NCBI GenBank assembly: GCA_964016885.1
Contig: OZ024740.1
Span: 338,334,001 to 338,398,000, forward strand
Reading direction: 5' to 3'
DNA length: 64,000 nucleotides
Source: Eledone cirrhosa
Taxonomy: Eukaryota
Below the pieces are notes generated by a model. The model searched no databases and was not told where the DNA came from. It saw nothing but the letters and a program-made list of their open reading frames with translations. Below are positions 41,700-56,970 of this stretch, piece by piece; positions within the stretch are counted from its first letter, which is position 1, and each line of letters begins with the position of its first letter. The translations under genes and the position numbers were made by a program.

Positions 41700-41960
41700 T
41701 GCAGAGATCAGCTGTTAGAAGAAAAGATTTATATACCTAACAGTTGTTAGGTATATATAGATCAATGATTCAAAGTATAGGTCAGTTGTGAGGTGCATGG
41801 ATCAGTTGTTAGATGTATAGATCAAATAAGGGTGTTAATCAGTTGTTAAATGTGTAGGTCAGTTGTTAGGTATAGAGATCAATTAAGTGTGAAGGTCAGT
41901 TTTTAGGTGTATAGATCTGTGGTTAGGTGTAGTAGATCAGTCGTTAGGTCTGTAGATGTC
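41700..41960. repeat. Degenerate minisatellite of about 20 bp
   Basis: Repeated gatcagttgttaggtgtata variants. Confidence 0.7.
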
Positions 41961-42049
41961 TGACATAGTGATCATTAACCAGTTGTGATTCCAACAATAA
42001 ACACCACATGTATGAAAACCAGATGTTAGTTTATTATCTTACTTGATCA

Positions 42050-43660
42050 TATTAATAGATATTATTAGCTACACACTTCGCGGTTTACACAAATCACAGT
42101 TTGTTACCAAACCAATGGAGACACTTAAGAACAAGAGTGTTAATGCTAATGAATTTTGGAGTTTGACACAAAATCCAGCATGCAGATGTGGAGGATTCAG
42201 CAAAGGTAAAAATAGTAACACTTCCAGCTTGCCTAGGTCTTTTATTCTCATGAGTTACATCTTGCAGCCATACAGAAGGAAGATGTGAATGAGTGCTTGG
42301 TAAATGCACTGTGGTTGACAAAATCCAATGCTGCTGCAAAGTTAAAGAAGAAAATAATGTTTCATGGATGTTGTTCCTGAAACCTTTATAGGGCAAATAT
42401 TTAATCTGTATAGACTTAGTCATGTACATGTATATTGATCACTCTCGTGTTGAGATATTTGTAGTAGATTTGTTGCAAATATTTTGGCTGCAATGTTTAT
42501 CAATTTAATGACCTAATAGTTATTGTAGAATATATATATCGTTTCATGAAAAAAGGGGCAAAAACTGCAGAACTCTGGTTTAGAGATAGAAATTTTGTGT
42601 CTCAGTGAAGCCAGAAAGGCAAGGCATCCTTTTTGAAGATGTTAGTAGATAAACCATTTTCACCTGGAGCCTTGCTATTCTTCAGTTTGTGAATAGCTTC
42701 ATGCTCCTCCTGGAAGCATCTCCAAATTGCCTAAGTAGGGAATAGTGTATGTGGAGTCTATGCATAGATGATTTGTAGTCAAGTTATGAATGATTGTAAA
42801 ATAGTCACACCATTGTCTGAGACACTTATCTATAGTTGAAATAACCATTCTTTGAGCAGTGTTTGGAGTTGGGCAGTGCATCATGGTTAATTTAAAAAAT
42901 TGGCATACTTATTATGAGTCCCATTATCCACTGCATGGTCCATGTCTAGAACGATAGTATGTCAATATTTATTGCAATCAGCAAAGGCAGAACATGTTGT
43001 TTGTCTTTTCAGTGATCTATAGTTTGTGATGTTACTATTCTGGGTGAGTTATGGTGTACAGCCAGATATCCAGTCTCTTCGATTATATGAACCTTAATTC
43101 TTGAGTAGCTGCTTCTTGTGATGTTTGGGGTTGTTTCACTTGCTTTTGGCTATAGGCTCAATTTGTTATGGCATATCAAAACCATTGAAATGAGTTTTCG
43201 TTTTGAGTTGGATCCATATGATGGTGTCACTGCATTTTGACTTTGAAATAGTCAGTGATCTTGTGGCTGGTTTCTTGGCCTTCAGACTATTAAAAGTTTG
43301 GCTCATACCAAGGTGTAATCTGAATAATTTTCATTGCATTTTCAAACACCATGATAAAATTGGTAGTCAAATTGACAGCTGACCCAGCAAGATCCATTGA
43401 GAATCTCAAATAGATGTTGCAAGTAAAGGCCATGCCAACTCACACAGAGTTATTATCAACACCACTATCATACAAGTTGTAGTTAACTGAGGATTGGGTA
43501 TCTTGAAGGATTGATGACTAGATTCAGTTGGTTTTACTTCCAAGAGACAAACTACATTTATTTTATAAAATTGTAACTCAGGCATGGCCAGTGTCCATGT
43601 TTTTAGATATTTCAGTGCTCTCATATTCCAGCTGGGGAAAAGCAGCATTCCCTACAGATT
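42050..43660 (-). pseudogene. Highly decayed RTE-like LINE
   Basis: SWNMRAL..YKINVVCLLEVK (APE start), CSAFAD and LLYGC..DLGKLE remnants. Confidence 0.55.
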
Positions 43661-45369
43661 AGCAATCCATGTTGCACATTTATTGTTTGCTCCACTGGAA
43701 GAAAAGAGGTGTTGGTTTCCATGGATGTCATAGCCTTTATTGGATTCTGCAAGGAGGCATATTAATACTAGCATTTTGTTGAAGATTTTTGGAGACAGTC
43801 TCCAGTCACAAGCATATACATATTTAAATAATGTGATCTATAGTAGCAATTTTTGTTGTCAGTGTAAATACTGATCAAATATCAGAATAGGTGAGTCTTG
43901 GATTTCCAAGAAGATGGGAACTTGCTATAAGATAATTACAGATGCAGTGATCAATGTAACCAGTAGCTACAATACTTTAGAGCAGACAGCACCAACCAAA
44001 TTTTAGGCAATCACTTTGAATTGTAATAGAATTGAATAATTACATTTATATGTGATCCTATTTGTTAGTGACAGTTTTGTGGAGATGGTGCACAGGAGGA
44101 AATTTGTTTGACAGAGGGGATCAAATTGCACATACAATATAGTACAATATTATAGGATAATGGGAGCTCAACCCTCCTGTGACCTGTATCTACAGGCACC
44201 TATGACTAAGGATGATATAGAAAAGATAGACTATTGATAAACCAAATTATTAACCCTGCTTCAATTTGTAATTGTAGCTATTTTCCTTTTTTTTTTCACC
44301 ATTAAAACTTTTGAGAAATGTATGTGTGTCACAACATCTCATTCTATTTCTTTGGTATATACCTCAATTCTTCTGAATGTAAACCAAATCAATAAGAAAT
44401 TGTTGTTCTTCTCCAAGAAGAACAACAAAATATCATATATCCATTCATATAAAATAGAAATAAATCAGGTAAAGGAAACAGCAATAAATCTGTGGAATTG
44501 TATCTCACCAGGTGAAATGTTCTTTAGACAATCTCATCAGAATACTTCTGGCATCAACAGTAAGTAAAAGTTAATTTAAACCTATACAAATGTTACTTGG
44601 AAAGCCAGATGTACGATATAATGTAAAATTGATGAAGCTATTCCTTGACACATTACCATACAAGATAGCACATGCACTCATATCAGCAACAAATTACAGA
44701 TTAGAATGCATTACAAAAACAATAGATCACTGCAGAATAAATGCCAGAAACGACAAAACTCTAAACTTGCAACAAAAAATAAACTGGTGTTATGTAGAAA
44801 TTTATTTTCCAGCATGACAAACTGCACAAGTCATAATAGAGTGTATATAATTGAAACCTGAATGAGTTTAAACAGATGCCTTACAATGTACTTCCAACAT
44901 TCCAATGGAAAGCATTATAGAACCCATTTCATTAGCAGATATATGAACAAACTGGAGAGGAAAAGGACAACTACAATTCAACATGAAAGTCTTATACAAA
45001 AACCATGTCAAGATAAATGAAATCATTCTAATAGAAAAATAATTACATTTTGTAAAGAAAGATGAAATAAATGACAGGATCCTTCTTACATAATATGAAC
45101 GGCAGTTTGGTTTAGTGGCTTTTGTTTTGTTTCAAACCAGAAATTGTCAGTGTCTAGCATAGATACAGAACTATATATCAATATATAGTGAATCAACAGG
45201 AGAGCTTCTACGTAGTCACCTAACATGCTAGAGGTAACAGGCAAATTTTTCTTACATCAAACCTCCTCCCCATCCCCTCCTTCTCCTCTCCACCCCTCCT
45301 TCTCTTCCCCCCACCCTCCTTCTCCCCCCATACCTCGTCCTCCTTCTTATCCTTTGCCCACTTATTCCT

Positions 45370-45930
45370 GAGAGGGTCATGGAGTAGAGTACACAAACAC
45401 TCCTTCCAGCGAGTCCTGTCAGAAGCAGCCATTTCCAACTGATCTGGCTAGATCATTAAGTGAGACCAGCCAATCTCATGGATGGTATCAAACCATCTTG
45501 CTATCCCTGGCTCTCCTGCCAGTTGGTTTTGCCTGTAAAATCTGCCCAGCGAATCTTTCCCGAGACATTCTAACAACATGCTCACAGTATAAGAGCTGAG
45601 ATCTCTCAATTCAGAGAAGTAGCAGCTCTACCTGAAGTGACACGCTGATCTCTCAGCTACACGATCTATTGAGTAACGTTACTTACAAAACCCTTCAGAA
45701 GAATCCCATTTCAGCCGTTTGTATTGGCGATCGTATACTTTCGGTCATTACCCAAGATTCGTGACCATAGGTAAGGGTTGGCACAAATACCAAATTGAAG
45801 ATAGCGAGTTTGGCTTTTCGCCTACCTCCCTTCTGATTACCAGGGCTGGATTTATCAGGGGCGAATATCCTATCTTCCGCATCAAACGGAGACCTCCTCT
45901 TAGAAAAAAGATCCATTTTTCGAGTCGGTT
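45370..45930 (-). mobile_element. RTE LINE C-terminal fragment
   Basis: KAKLAIFNLVFVPTLTYGHESWVMTESIRSPIQTAEMGF and AASDRTRW. Confidence 0.8.
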
Positions 45931-46205
45931 CCCCACTTCAAACATAGCTCCTGTTAACTTTTAAGAACTGATCATAAATATAATTTTATCTTTTAGAGAG
46001 TATGTTTTAAATGTGTAAACGATGTCATTTTTGTACCAATTTATCAAAGTTTCTTTACTTTAGCGACATCACTTGGCGAAAGCAGTGGGAGCTGATGTAT
46101 ATGGTGTGTATATACGCATATGTATGAGTGTATGTGTATGTGTAATTTATTTAATGCTGGTGCTTGATATGTATTTACATTTATGTGTGTGTATGTGTGT
46201 ATTAG

Positions 46206-46840
46206 TGTCAGGTCACTCTTGAGTGCTACTGGTAACATGTAAACCAGTACAACCTGTCGCATGGTCGGGTCGTCGGCGACTCAACTGGCAACCCCACCTA
46301 GTTTACTTGGTGAGGAGGGTGATTTTGGACACCTTACAGAACAAAAAACAAAACCTGACAAAGGGCGGAAGAACCCATAAGAGTCAACGGCCATCCAAAA
46401 AATGTGTAAATATGTATATACACATGTACATATGTATGTGTATGTATATACGTGTGTATATGCCTGAGGTGTCAGGGAGGGGCATCTACCTCTGTAGGGG
46501 TGCTAGCCATGCCCTTTTCAGGACAGCCCGTCCTGTATTGGGTCCCACCTGACACTCAGCTCTCACCTGTGGCCCAAAGAAGTTGTAGCATGCGACAGCG
46601 GCCACACCCCAGTAAACCGCCTTGGCTGGCGGGCCAAACCAGGTTGAGGGTAGCCGGACAGGTCTGAAACCTCCCGGTGAGTTAGGTAGGGGATGGCTGC
46701 CCCTGCATGCGAAGACTGGACCGTCACTGTGCACTGGCCCTCCCACTATAAACCTTTCCCGCACATGTTTCTTCTTTAGCATGCACTCCCAAAGCCCTAG
46801 AACTAAAATAAAGATGTCATCATCGTTTACGATGGACAAC
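46206..46840 (+). mobile_element. Probable RTE 5' UTR with candidate HDV-like ribozyme at 46206-46290
   Basis: Shared 5' block followed by GC-rich UTR-like sequence; the same block heads the deleted element at 61062-61655. Confidence 0.5.
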
Positions 46841-47775
46841 CAAGAGATGTGTGGTTATATTCTCGCGTGTGTGTGTGTGTGTACAATGACCATTCCTTTG
46901 CTACCTCCATTATTTGATCTCACGATCTGGTAGTGGGCTGAGTATTTGAAGAAATTCAAATCTTATCCTCTCTATTCATTCTCTGTTGTCTTTCTCTGTT
47001 TCTCTCTCTGTTTTTTTCTCTCTTCATGCTTATGTGTGTATAGAAACGCACACACATGTATATATGTGTTGTTATATGAGGAGCCTACCAAATTTGAACT
47101 GCCAGAGTCCCCCAAGGTCAAAACCTGGCCCTACCCATTATTCACATTGTTTCTCATATTATCGAGTAAATATTTTACACTAATTTTCAAACATCAGGTG
47201 GACCATCTTTCAATAAAATACTGTCTAAATAGTTTCGGCTAACTCTTGCCATGGATAAGAGGGCCGTAAAGCGATGGCAACGTTACTGGCATATACACAC
47301 ACATGCTCCATTCTCACAATATCTTTCTACTAAAATCTCTACAGTGGTTTGTTTTACTCAAACAATTATTCACTTAAAACAGTTGAAACTGGACAAAAGA
47401 GTTAAATTTACTCAATGCAAGAGAAATTCAATATGCGTCAAAAGACCGACCCTACAATTCAAATAAAACAATAAAATAAAAACAAAATTCTACGAAATAT
47501 TTATTATTTTTGTCATTTATTCTATTTTTATTTTATTGTTTTTAATATATTTACTGAAATATATTAAAACCTGTAATATCTTCAAAACGAGTGAGAGAGA
47601 AAGAGTTGAAATATCAGAGAAAAGAAACACTAATTTTTGTTGTTCCAGATTTAATTGACCAATCAATAGATCAAAGAATCTCATTAAATAATCTGTGCAT
47701 ATTTTCCAATGTAGTAATATATATATATCGATTTATTACGTAGACAACATAAACATAGTTCTAATTTATACATAT

Positions 47776-47808
<33 letters not shown>

Positions 47809-47967
47809 TATATTCCCGAAGCTAAATTGGAATTCTCTCTTTCTCTCTCTATATATATATATGCCTGAAACTAATGTTTGACACCGACAGCAGAGCTCCA
47901 GCCGTTTCGACGGCTATTTCTGGATTCTGCGTTATGGTCCACCTGGTTCCTTACCACACCTCCTTCG

Positions 47968-48039
<72 letters not shown>

Positions 48040-48072
48040 AGTGTAATTTACTACACAAAACGAAGGTTATAG

Positions 48073-48608
48073 AGAAAATTGAGGTTGGTAATGGCACATG
48101 GAATATATAAGAGACAGAATACTTTTTTGTGAAAAAACATATAATTTTATAAGGTAAGGAAATAATAAAGGCTATAAAAAATGACCGGTTTCGATGGGTC
48201 TGCAAAAGCCATCTTTTCAAATGTTGATTAATATTAAGAAAAATTAATAATAAGAAGAGTTAAAATTTGAGATTTGAAAATTCAAGTATAAAATTCATTG
48301 TGGGATTTCACAGTAGTTTTCATCTTGGTAGCAGCTCGTTTAGCAGCTCGTTGACTGCTGGGTCCCTTTCTGGTAGTGAATGAGAAGTTATTTGGGGTGT
48401 GGGATATTTTATAAAGGTCAAATTTAGCAATGGCCAGATGGCCAGCTGCTGGTCAGTGAGGGGGTGGAAGCAATATACATACATATATCTTCCTGTGGTA
48501 GGTAGGAGAGGGGAGATTGATAGAAAGGGATTTAGTGCACTTACAACTATATATACACACATACCTTCACCCACACATACATGCATATACATATACATAC
48601 ACATATAT

Positions 48609-48642
<34 letters not shown>

Positions 48643-49175
48643 CCATACATATACACACGTACATACACACACACATACATATATATATACACACACACAC
48701 ACATACACACACACATATATGCACATACACACACATATATATATATATATACACCACAGGAAGATATATGTATGTATATTGCTTCCACCCCCTCACTGAC
48801 CAGCAGCTGGCCATCTGGCCATTGCTAAATTTGACCTTTATAACATATCCCACACCCCAAATAACTTCTCATTCACTACCAGAAAGGGACCCAGCAGTCA
48901 ACGAGCTGCTAAACGAGCTGCTACCAAGATGAAAACTACTGTGAAATCCCACAATGAATTTTATACTTGAATTTTCAAATCTCAAATTTTAACTCTTCTT
49001 ATTATTAATTTTTCTTAATATTAATCAACATTTGAAAAGATGGCTTTTGCAGACCCATCGAAACCGGTCATTTTTTATACCCTTTATTATTTCCTTACCT
49101 TATAAAATTATATGTTTTTTCACAAAAAAGTATTCTGTCTCTTATATATTCCATGTGCCATTACCAACCTCAATT

Positions 49176-49179
<4 letters not shown>
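48073..49179. repeat. Fold-back with 427-bp arms (2 mismatches seen) and 253-bp spacer; each arm has a variant hammerhead
   Basis: 48073-48499 versus 48753-49179; aacat TTGAAAA gatgg..ccatc GAAAC cg GTC atttt at 49027-49074 (+) and 48178-48225 (-). Confidence 0.93.
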
Positions 49180-49251
<72 letters not shown>

Positions 49252-49254
49252 ATA

Positions 49255-49635
49255 AACGTGCTGCGTGGTTGCAAATGGGTTACATATGAATAAAGTGGTC
49301 CTCCATCAGTGATCTTCCAACCATCAACGGTATTTCTTCGCTTTAAAGACCATATACCTCCGGTTGGTGCGAGCAACGGCTAAAGAAAGTCGTTGGGACA
49401 CGTAAATAAAGGGGACAGCGAGAGTGAAAACAAACAAAGATGGTGAAGCAACGAAAAGTGAGGAAGAACGAGTCAAGTCCCAAATTTCCATGAATATAAG
49501 TTCGGTGAAATCGTGAACGAGAGAGAATAAAGACCATCAAACCTGGTTGAAATGTGAGCAAGGAAGGAATTCCGCACAGGTCTAACGGGAGGAAGAAGGA
49601 GTCTAGTCCGTGAATTCGGTGAACATAAGTTCTGA
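49255..49635 (+). repeat. Dispersed non-coding repeat, also present folded back at 55138-55975
   Basis: Shared ggttggtgcgagcaacggctaaa..agtcgttgggacacgtaaataa and gaccatcaaacctggttgaaatgtgagcaaggaagg blocks. Confidence 0.8.
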
Positions 49636-49740
49636 TACGCCTGCAGCTAAATTGTAATTACAGGCAATATTTATGCGCAGCCTTTGCGTATATATTTTGA
49701 AGGGACACCCTGTGTATGTAAATGTATATATATATATATA

Positions 49741-49826
49741 AAGAGGTGAGGTGCGCAAAGCAGCCGCAGTATACGATGGAGAATTATATCTGTATATATA
49801 CAGAGTGGTTAACCGACGCTACACCA

Positions 49827-49874
<48 letters not shown>

Positions 49875-49950
49875 TCATTGGTGCAGCCTTGGTTACCCAC
49901 TCTGTATATATACAGATATAACTTTATCGCACACTTTGGCTGCACCTCTT
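49741..49950. repeat. Imperfect palindrome centred on (TA)n
   Basis: ttatatctgtatatatacagagtgg versus ccactctgtatatatacagatataa; aagaggtg versus cacctctt. Confidence 0.8.
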
Positions 49951-50205
49951 AATGTTTACATTAATTAACTATTAACACGAGTGCTAATTATATAGTATCT
50001 AGAATACTACTATAAAGGAATGAGTATGTAAAGCTAATCAAAAAGGTGTTTCCCAGTGATTTCTTAGAAGATACATATCGTCTGATGAAGATCCAACTAG
50101 GTCTGAAAATCAATTATAAATGTTTATCACTTTTTTTAAGTTGCAGTCTCGGTTACCACTCTTTGTACACACACACATACACCTATATATAATATACATC
50201 TACAT

Positions 50206-50262
<57 letters not shown>

Positions 50263-51185
50263 TAGATAGATATATATATAATGGTAACCCAGTAGTAATT
50301 CGTGCATATAAGTATGTATATACACACACAGCTATATATATATATGGAAAATTAGATCGATATAATACTAAAGGCATAGAAGTCATCGCAATCATTTCGA
50401 CCTCACCCCATAGTCCGATATGTTTATTATAAACATACAGAATATTTTCGAATATTCTATGTCTATCTTCATACATATAAATATATATCATATATAAATG
50501 TAATTTGTTTATGAATTCGTTTTGCGAGGTTTTATATCTGAAAAGGTGTGTTGAAACAGATATTGTTACACTTTGGAAGGTCCATGCTGGCAATAAGAAT
50601 ACACCTACCTATTGGTTTTCATAGAATGTGTAACGAAAGAGCTTTGACAATATATAAACAACCTTCCGGTTATCGAACCAACCAACCGGAAACTTATAAT
50701 AAATTGAAGTGAAAACCTACAGGTGCGTCTGTTTTTATTGGCATTGGCGGCTTGACCCTCCCAAAGTATAACAATATTTATATAGTAATAATAATAAATG
50801 TGAAGATTAAAATATATATTTAGAGTTTCAGAAGATCCTGTTAAGGGTGAAAGCAGCGATTCTTTGCTTAAAATTTAATCTATTATTTTAATAAATATAT
50901 ATATATTTGGCGGTCTAAACCAAATTTCGTCCAAGTGATGGAAGCGTAAATATCTCAATTCTTTCTTATTTAAATTGGAATTCTTAAATTTCTTTGATTG
51001 TATCAGCTTGTTTCTTTCTATATGGGTGTCACTTTCCAATGAACAAATCTCGTTAGATGTGTTCTGGAACAAATTCTCAACGTACATAGCATCGTTATAG
51101 TTGAGCAGGATGAAGATCGAAAAGTTGCGTTGGCTCCTGTACTTCCGGCATCATATCGATCTACACACAGACACAGATATATATA

Positions 51186-51385
51186 TGTCGGGTCTCTCTT
51201 GAGTGTTACTGGTAACATGTAACCCAGTACAACCTGTCACATGGTCGGGTCGTCGGCGACTAAACCGACAACCCTAGCAAGTTTTACTTGGTGAGGAGGG
51301 TGATTTTGGACACCCTGCAGGACAAAAAAGAACAAAACCTGACAAATGGTGAAGGAACCCACAAGAGTCAACGGCCATCCAAAAA
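51186..51385 (+). mobile_element. Probable RTE 5' end with candidate HDV-like ribozyme (51186-51270)
   Basis: tgtcgg...GG taacatgt...acatg...gcga CTAA a ccgaca. Confidence 0.5.
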
Positions 51386-51440
51386 TGTGCAAATATGTAT
51401 ATATATATGTATGCACATGTATATATGTATATATATATAT

Positions 51441-51694
51441 TGTTGAACAAATAGGGCAGCGATGGTTGCCGAATACTGTACGGCTAATAATTCGGGCTGT
51501 TTGTTTGTTTACAAACAAACCGAGCATTATAATAAATGTTCGGTAAACCCATACATACATATATATATATGTGTGCATGTATGTATGTATATACATACTA
51601 CTGTACGTCTGTATACATATATGTATGTACGTATAGATACTTACATTTAAGTATCAGCCGTACTAAGAATGGGAAATGAAATTTCATTGTTTCC

Positions 51695-51700
<6 letters not shown>
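51441..51700 (+). repeat. Fragment of the octamer-hammerhead repeat family (no ribozyme in this piece)
   Basis: Aligns by eye to 54351-54552 and continues into sequence matching 54105-54165. Confidence 0.75.
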
Positions 51701-51729
<29 letters not shown>

Positions 51730-51737
<8 letters not shown>

Positions 51738-52162
51738 GGAAAAATTTGAACAGGGACAAAACAGAGAGGTAGTACAATAAATGTTTATTAATTTCACGCT
51801 CAGGAGAGTGGGGGGTAGGTGGGGGACAACGTTTCGGGCATAAGCCCTTCCTCAGGTGAGAAGTGTGTGGGAACAGAGTTCAAAAGGTGTGTAGGGGAGT
51901 GGTGGAGAGACATATAGCGAAAGGAAACGGTGCGAATGAAAAAATAACAAATAAAGATAAAAAATAAAAATAAAGCATGATCAAAATACAAGGAATGAGA
52001 AAATTAAAAAATAAAGGCATGATCAAAATAAACTGAAATTAAAAGGGGGGTAAACAGGTGGTGGAAGGGTGTGGGGTGAGTAGGGGTGGTGGCGGGTGGA
52101 GTGGGGAGAGGGAGACGGGGTGTCCGAGCAGGGAGGGCTGAAGGTGGTGTGTGTGTGTGTAG

Positions 52163-52199
<37 letters not shown>

Positions 52200-53473
52200 A
52201 AAGTAAGGGTTGGGGGAAGAACGGGTTGCATGTTCAGGAAGAGGTGTGTGTGGGGGGTGTTGTTGTGGGTCGGAGTGTCTGTGCGTGTGTGGATAGGGGG
52301 TGGGGGGGTAGAGGAATCAGGAGGCTGAGGGTGTAAATATGTGGTGGGAAGCACGTGTGTGTGGGGTTTAAGCGTGTTGTGGGTGTGGGTGGCGTGTGAA
52401 GAAAAAAATTTTTTGGGGTGTGTGTGTGGGTGAGTTATATAGGTGATTACGTAAGAGGATGGTTGAAAAGTTGGTAAGTTCCAAGGATGTTTAGAGGATT
52501 GGTTGTAAGTCAATTTCTGCGTGTGGGTAATCCATGAAGCGGTGGTCGGAAGAGGAGAGATGTGGGGTGCGCGCGCAACAGGAAGTGGTCAGCAGTGGGA
52601 GTGCTGTGGTCTGTTGGTGCTGGGAGGTGGTCAGAAGGGCATAGCAGCAGTCGGTGGAATGGTAAGGGGGCGAGGATGGGTAGGTGTGAAAGTTGGAGTG
52701 AGGAGGGTGTGTCTGTGTGTGTATTAGTAGGGGTGTTAGTGGGATGAGTGAGTGTGGAGCGAGGCTGTGGGTGGAGCGGGGAGAGAAGGGTGTGTGTGGT
52801 TCTATGGAGGGAGTGTGGTGTACTGGTGTGTGTGTAGTTTGATGAAGAGGTGTTAGTGGGTGTTAGTATACGGGAGGTGGGGAGGGGTTGAATGCAGGTG
52901 TGAGTGGGGGTTAGTGGTGGTAGGGTGTGTAGAGTTGGTGGTGTACGAGGGTGTGTGGGTACGTGTGCGTGGGGTTGGGGGGTGTTAGTGGGTGCGTGTG
53001 TTCGTGTGCTTGGGGTTAGGGGGTGTTAGTGAGGTTAGTTGCGGGGTGGTGGGGTGGATGTGTGGGGTTGAGGGTTAGTGGTGGTAGTAGGGTGTGTGTT
53101 TAGTGTGAGCGCGTGTATATATGTACCGGTGGGTGTGTGCCAGTGATAAGGGGAGGGGGGAGAAGAAGGGGGGGATGTTAGTATGTTAGTTGGGGAAGGG
53201 TGGTCGGGTGTGGGGTGGGCAGTGAAAACGAGGGGTGTGTTAGGGGTGTTAGTGGGGGATATGTGTGGGGGGAGGCCGAAGACTAAAGAAATAAGGGTGG
53301 GGAGTTCAGGCCGGGGGGAGTGTGGGTCTGTAGGGTGAAGATGGTTCGTTGTTCGACACTGAGGAGAGTGGCGGGTGTCCTGTGGTATTGGAGTAGGCCA
53401 CAGACTGTGAGATAGTGTGCGGAATGTCCAGGAGCACCAAAGTGGCGAGACGAATATCTCGGAGGTGTTTGGT
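51730..53473 (-). mobile_element. Penelope-like element 3' part (GIY-YIG end, C-rich UTR, hammerhead at 51826-51857)
   Basis: Diverged inverted copy of 59270-61050; ac CTGAGGA a gggc ttat gccc GAAAC GTT gt. Confidence 0.85.
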
Positions 53474-53494
53474 AAAATATATATATATATCTTT

Positions 53495-54653
<1,159 letters not shown>

Positions 54654-54809
54654 TACCGAGAATCGTATTTCGGCTTAGGAATTAAAGAAAAACAACTTCC
54701 GGGATGTGTGGCAAGCGCTCAATGATTCAGATGAACCAGAGCTACAACATACGTTAAATATATATATATACACACACACACATATATATATATATATATT
54801 ATATAAAAC

Positions 54810-55128
54810 CAAAAATCAGTGAAGCATCTGAACTCAATTTATCGTGTTACAATTGTTTTGCCGGCACGAGACACGATCATTGTATGGATCTGTCTGATTC
54901 TGGACCTGCAGGTTCGTCGGATACTTGCAATAATTTCGGATCAAATTTTCTCACAAAACATCTTCCTCGCTTGTCCTGCTGTTGGCTGTTTGTTTTTCTA
55001 CGTCATCATAAATTCTGGCAATATTTGCTGTCAGACTGGCCATCAGCTGTCCCTCCCTCCGCCTGACACACTTCAATGAATTCATGGTGGGTTTGGTATT
55101 TCACATGTCCACTCGCGCACTCACCACA
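54810..55128 (-). repeat. Repeat with inactivated hammerhead (54844-54924); inverted copy of 61695-62035
   Basis: CCGACGA...AAAAC aatt GTA acac, with G12 replaced by A. Confidence 0.75.
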
Positions 55129-55966
55129 AATATATATATATGAAAAAGTTTGTCCTCATCAGTGGCCATCCAACCGTCGTAGGCATTTCGTCACATTAAA
55201 GGCCATATACCTCAGGTTGGTGCGAGCAACGGCTAAAAAAAGTCGTTGGGACACGTAAATAAGGGGGACACTAGGGTATGAGGACAAACTTTTTCATATG
55301 TAACCCATTTGCAGCGCCGCAGCTCCATTATTATCATATTTACACATATATTTTTTCCTCCGCTGCCACCAGTCTGTTTCGTTCTTTGTGTCTTTGCCCT
55401 TTCTAGCAGTCTCTTTCTCTGTTAGCCTCCTCCTCACCTTTCACTCACTCACTCTCTGTCACTACCTCTCCTCCTCCCCTTTCTTCCCGTTTGACTTGTC
55501 CATAATCCTTTTCTCGCGGGCACTTGGCCAAGCCGGTATGAATTTTTTTTCTCTCTCTCTCTTTCGTCTGCGACTTCACAGAACTTATGTTTACCGAATT
55601 CGCAGACCAGACCCATTCTTCCTCCCGTTAGACCTGTGCGAAATTCCTTCCTTGCTCACATTTCAACCAGGTTTGATGGTCTTTATTCTCTCGTTCACGA
55701 TTCCACCGAATTTATATTCATAGAAATCTGGGACTTGTTTCCTTCTTCATCACTTTCTGCTGCTTAAACCATTTTGTTCGTTTACCCTAGCGTCCCCCTT
55801 ATTTACGTGTCCCAACGACTTTTTTTTAGCCGTTGCTCGCACCAGCCTGAGGTATATGGCCTTTAATGCGACGAAATGCCTACGACGGTTGGATGGCCAC
55901 TGATGAGGACAAACATTTTCATATGTAACCCATTTGCAGCGCCGCAGCTCCATTATTATCATATTT

Positions 55967-56022
<56 letters not shown>

Positions 56023-56029
56023 CCACTCA

Positions 56030-56660
56030 CATATACACACAACCATATAACTAACAACATACGCGTCCACAGACGCCTGCCTACATGCCCACGTACATCA
56101 GCTCTCACACACACGCACACACATACATGCGTACACACATGCATACGCGTATATCTACTCGTATACACAAACACGTACAGACATATACATACACACGCAC
56201 ACGTACATACACACACGTGTCCGTAAATACAGGCAAAAAAACAGACTCGCTCCCAAACACACATATCTATGTATACACACATAAATGTACACACAAAGAA
56301 GCCCTTACCCTACAGTAGGTGCACGTACACACACACACACACTGGCTCATATACAATCAAACAAATACGCGCCCACTACCTCCATGCCCACGCACATCTA
56401 CAAAGATACATACACACATACATATATCTATTCGTACTCAAATATGATATACTCATAGAGTCATATAAATCTGCACAATTGGTCATACAGGGTCATCCAT
56501 GAAAGGATACATCGTGTTATACACATGCACAAATATAAACAATGTAACCAAATATATACATCCCCACACATACATGCATGTGTACATACACACATATAAA
56601 TAAGTAAATAAGTAAATAAGTAAATAAAAAAATAATAAATAAATGTATATATATATATAT

Positions 56661-56715
<55 letters not shown>

Positions 56716-56917
56716 TACACACACACATATATATGTGTACATACACACACATACATACACATCTATAAAAAAAACTACAATATACTAAAATATACATATA
56801 ACGTTATACATTAAAAGATGTATCTTGTACTAAACATGCACAAATATAAACAGTATAATCATATACATACATCCATACACATTCACATAGCATATACATA
56901 TATATATATCTCTACAT

Positions 56918-56970
<53 letters not shown>

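Noticed and set aside
44480-44545. Minus-strand CTGATGA followed by a hairpin
   Set aside because: No GAAA half of the core
50075-50120. CTGATGA agatc caacta ggtct GAAA hammerhead-like motif
   Set aside because: Core and stem II are good but stems I and III cannot be paired convincingly; at most a relic
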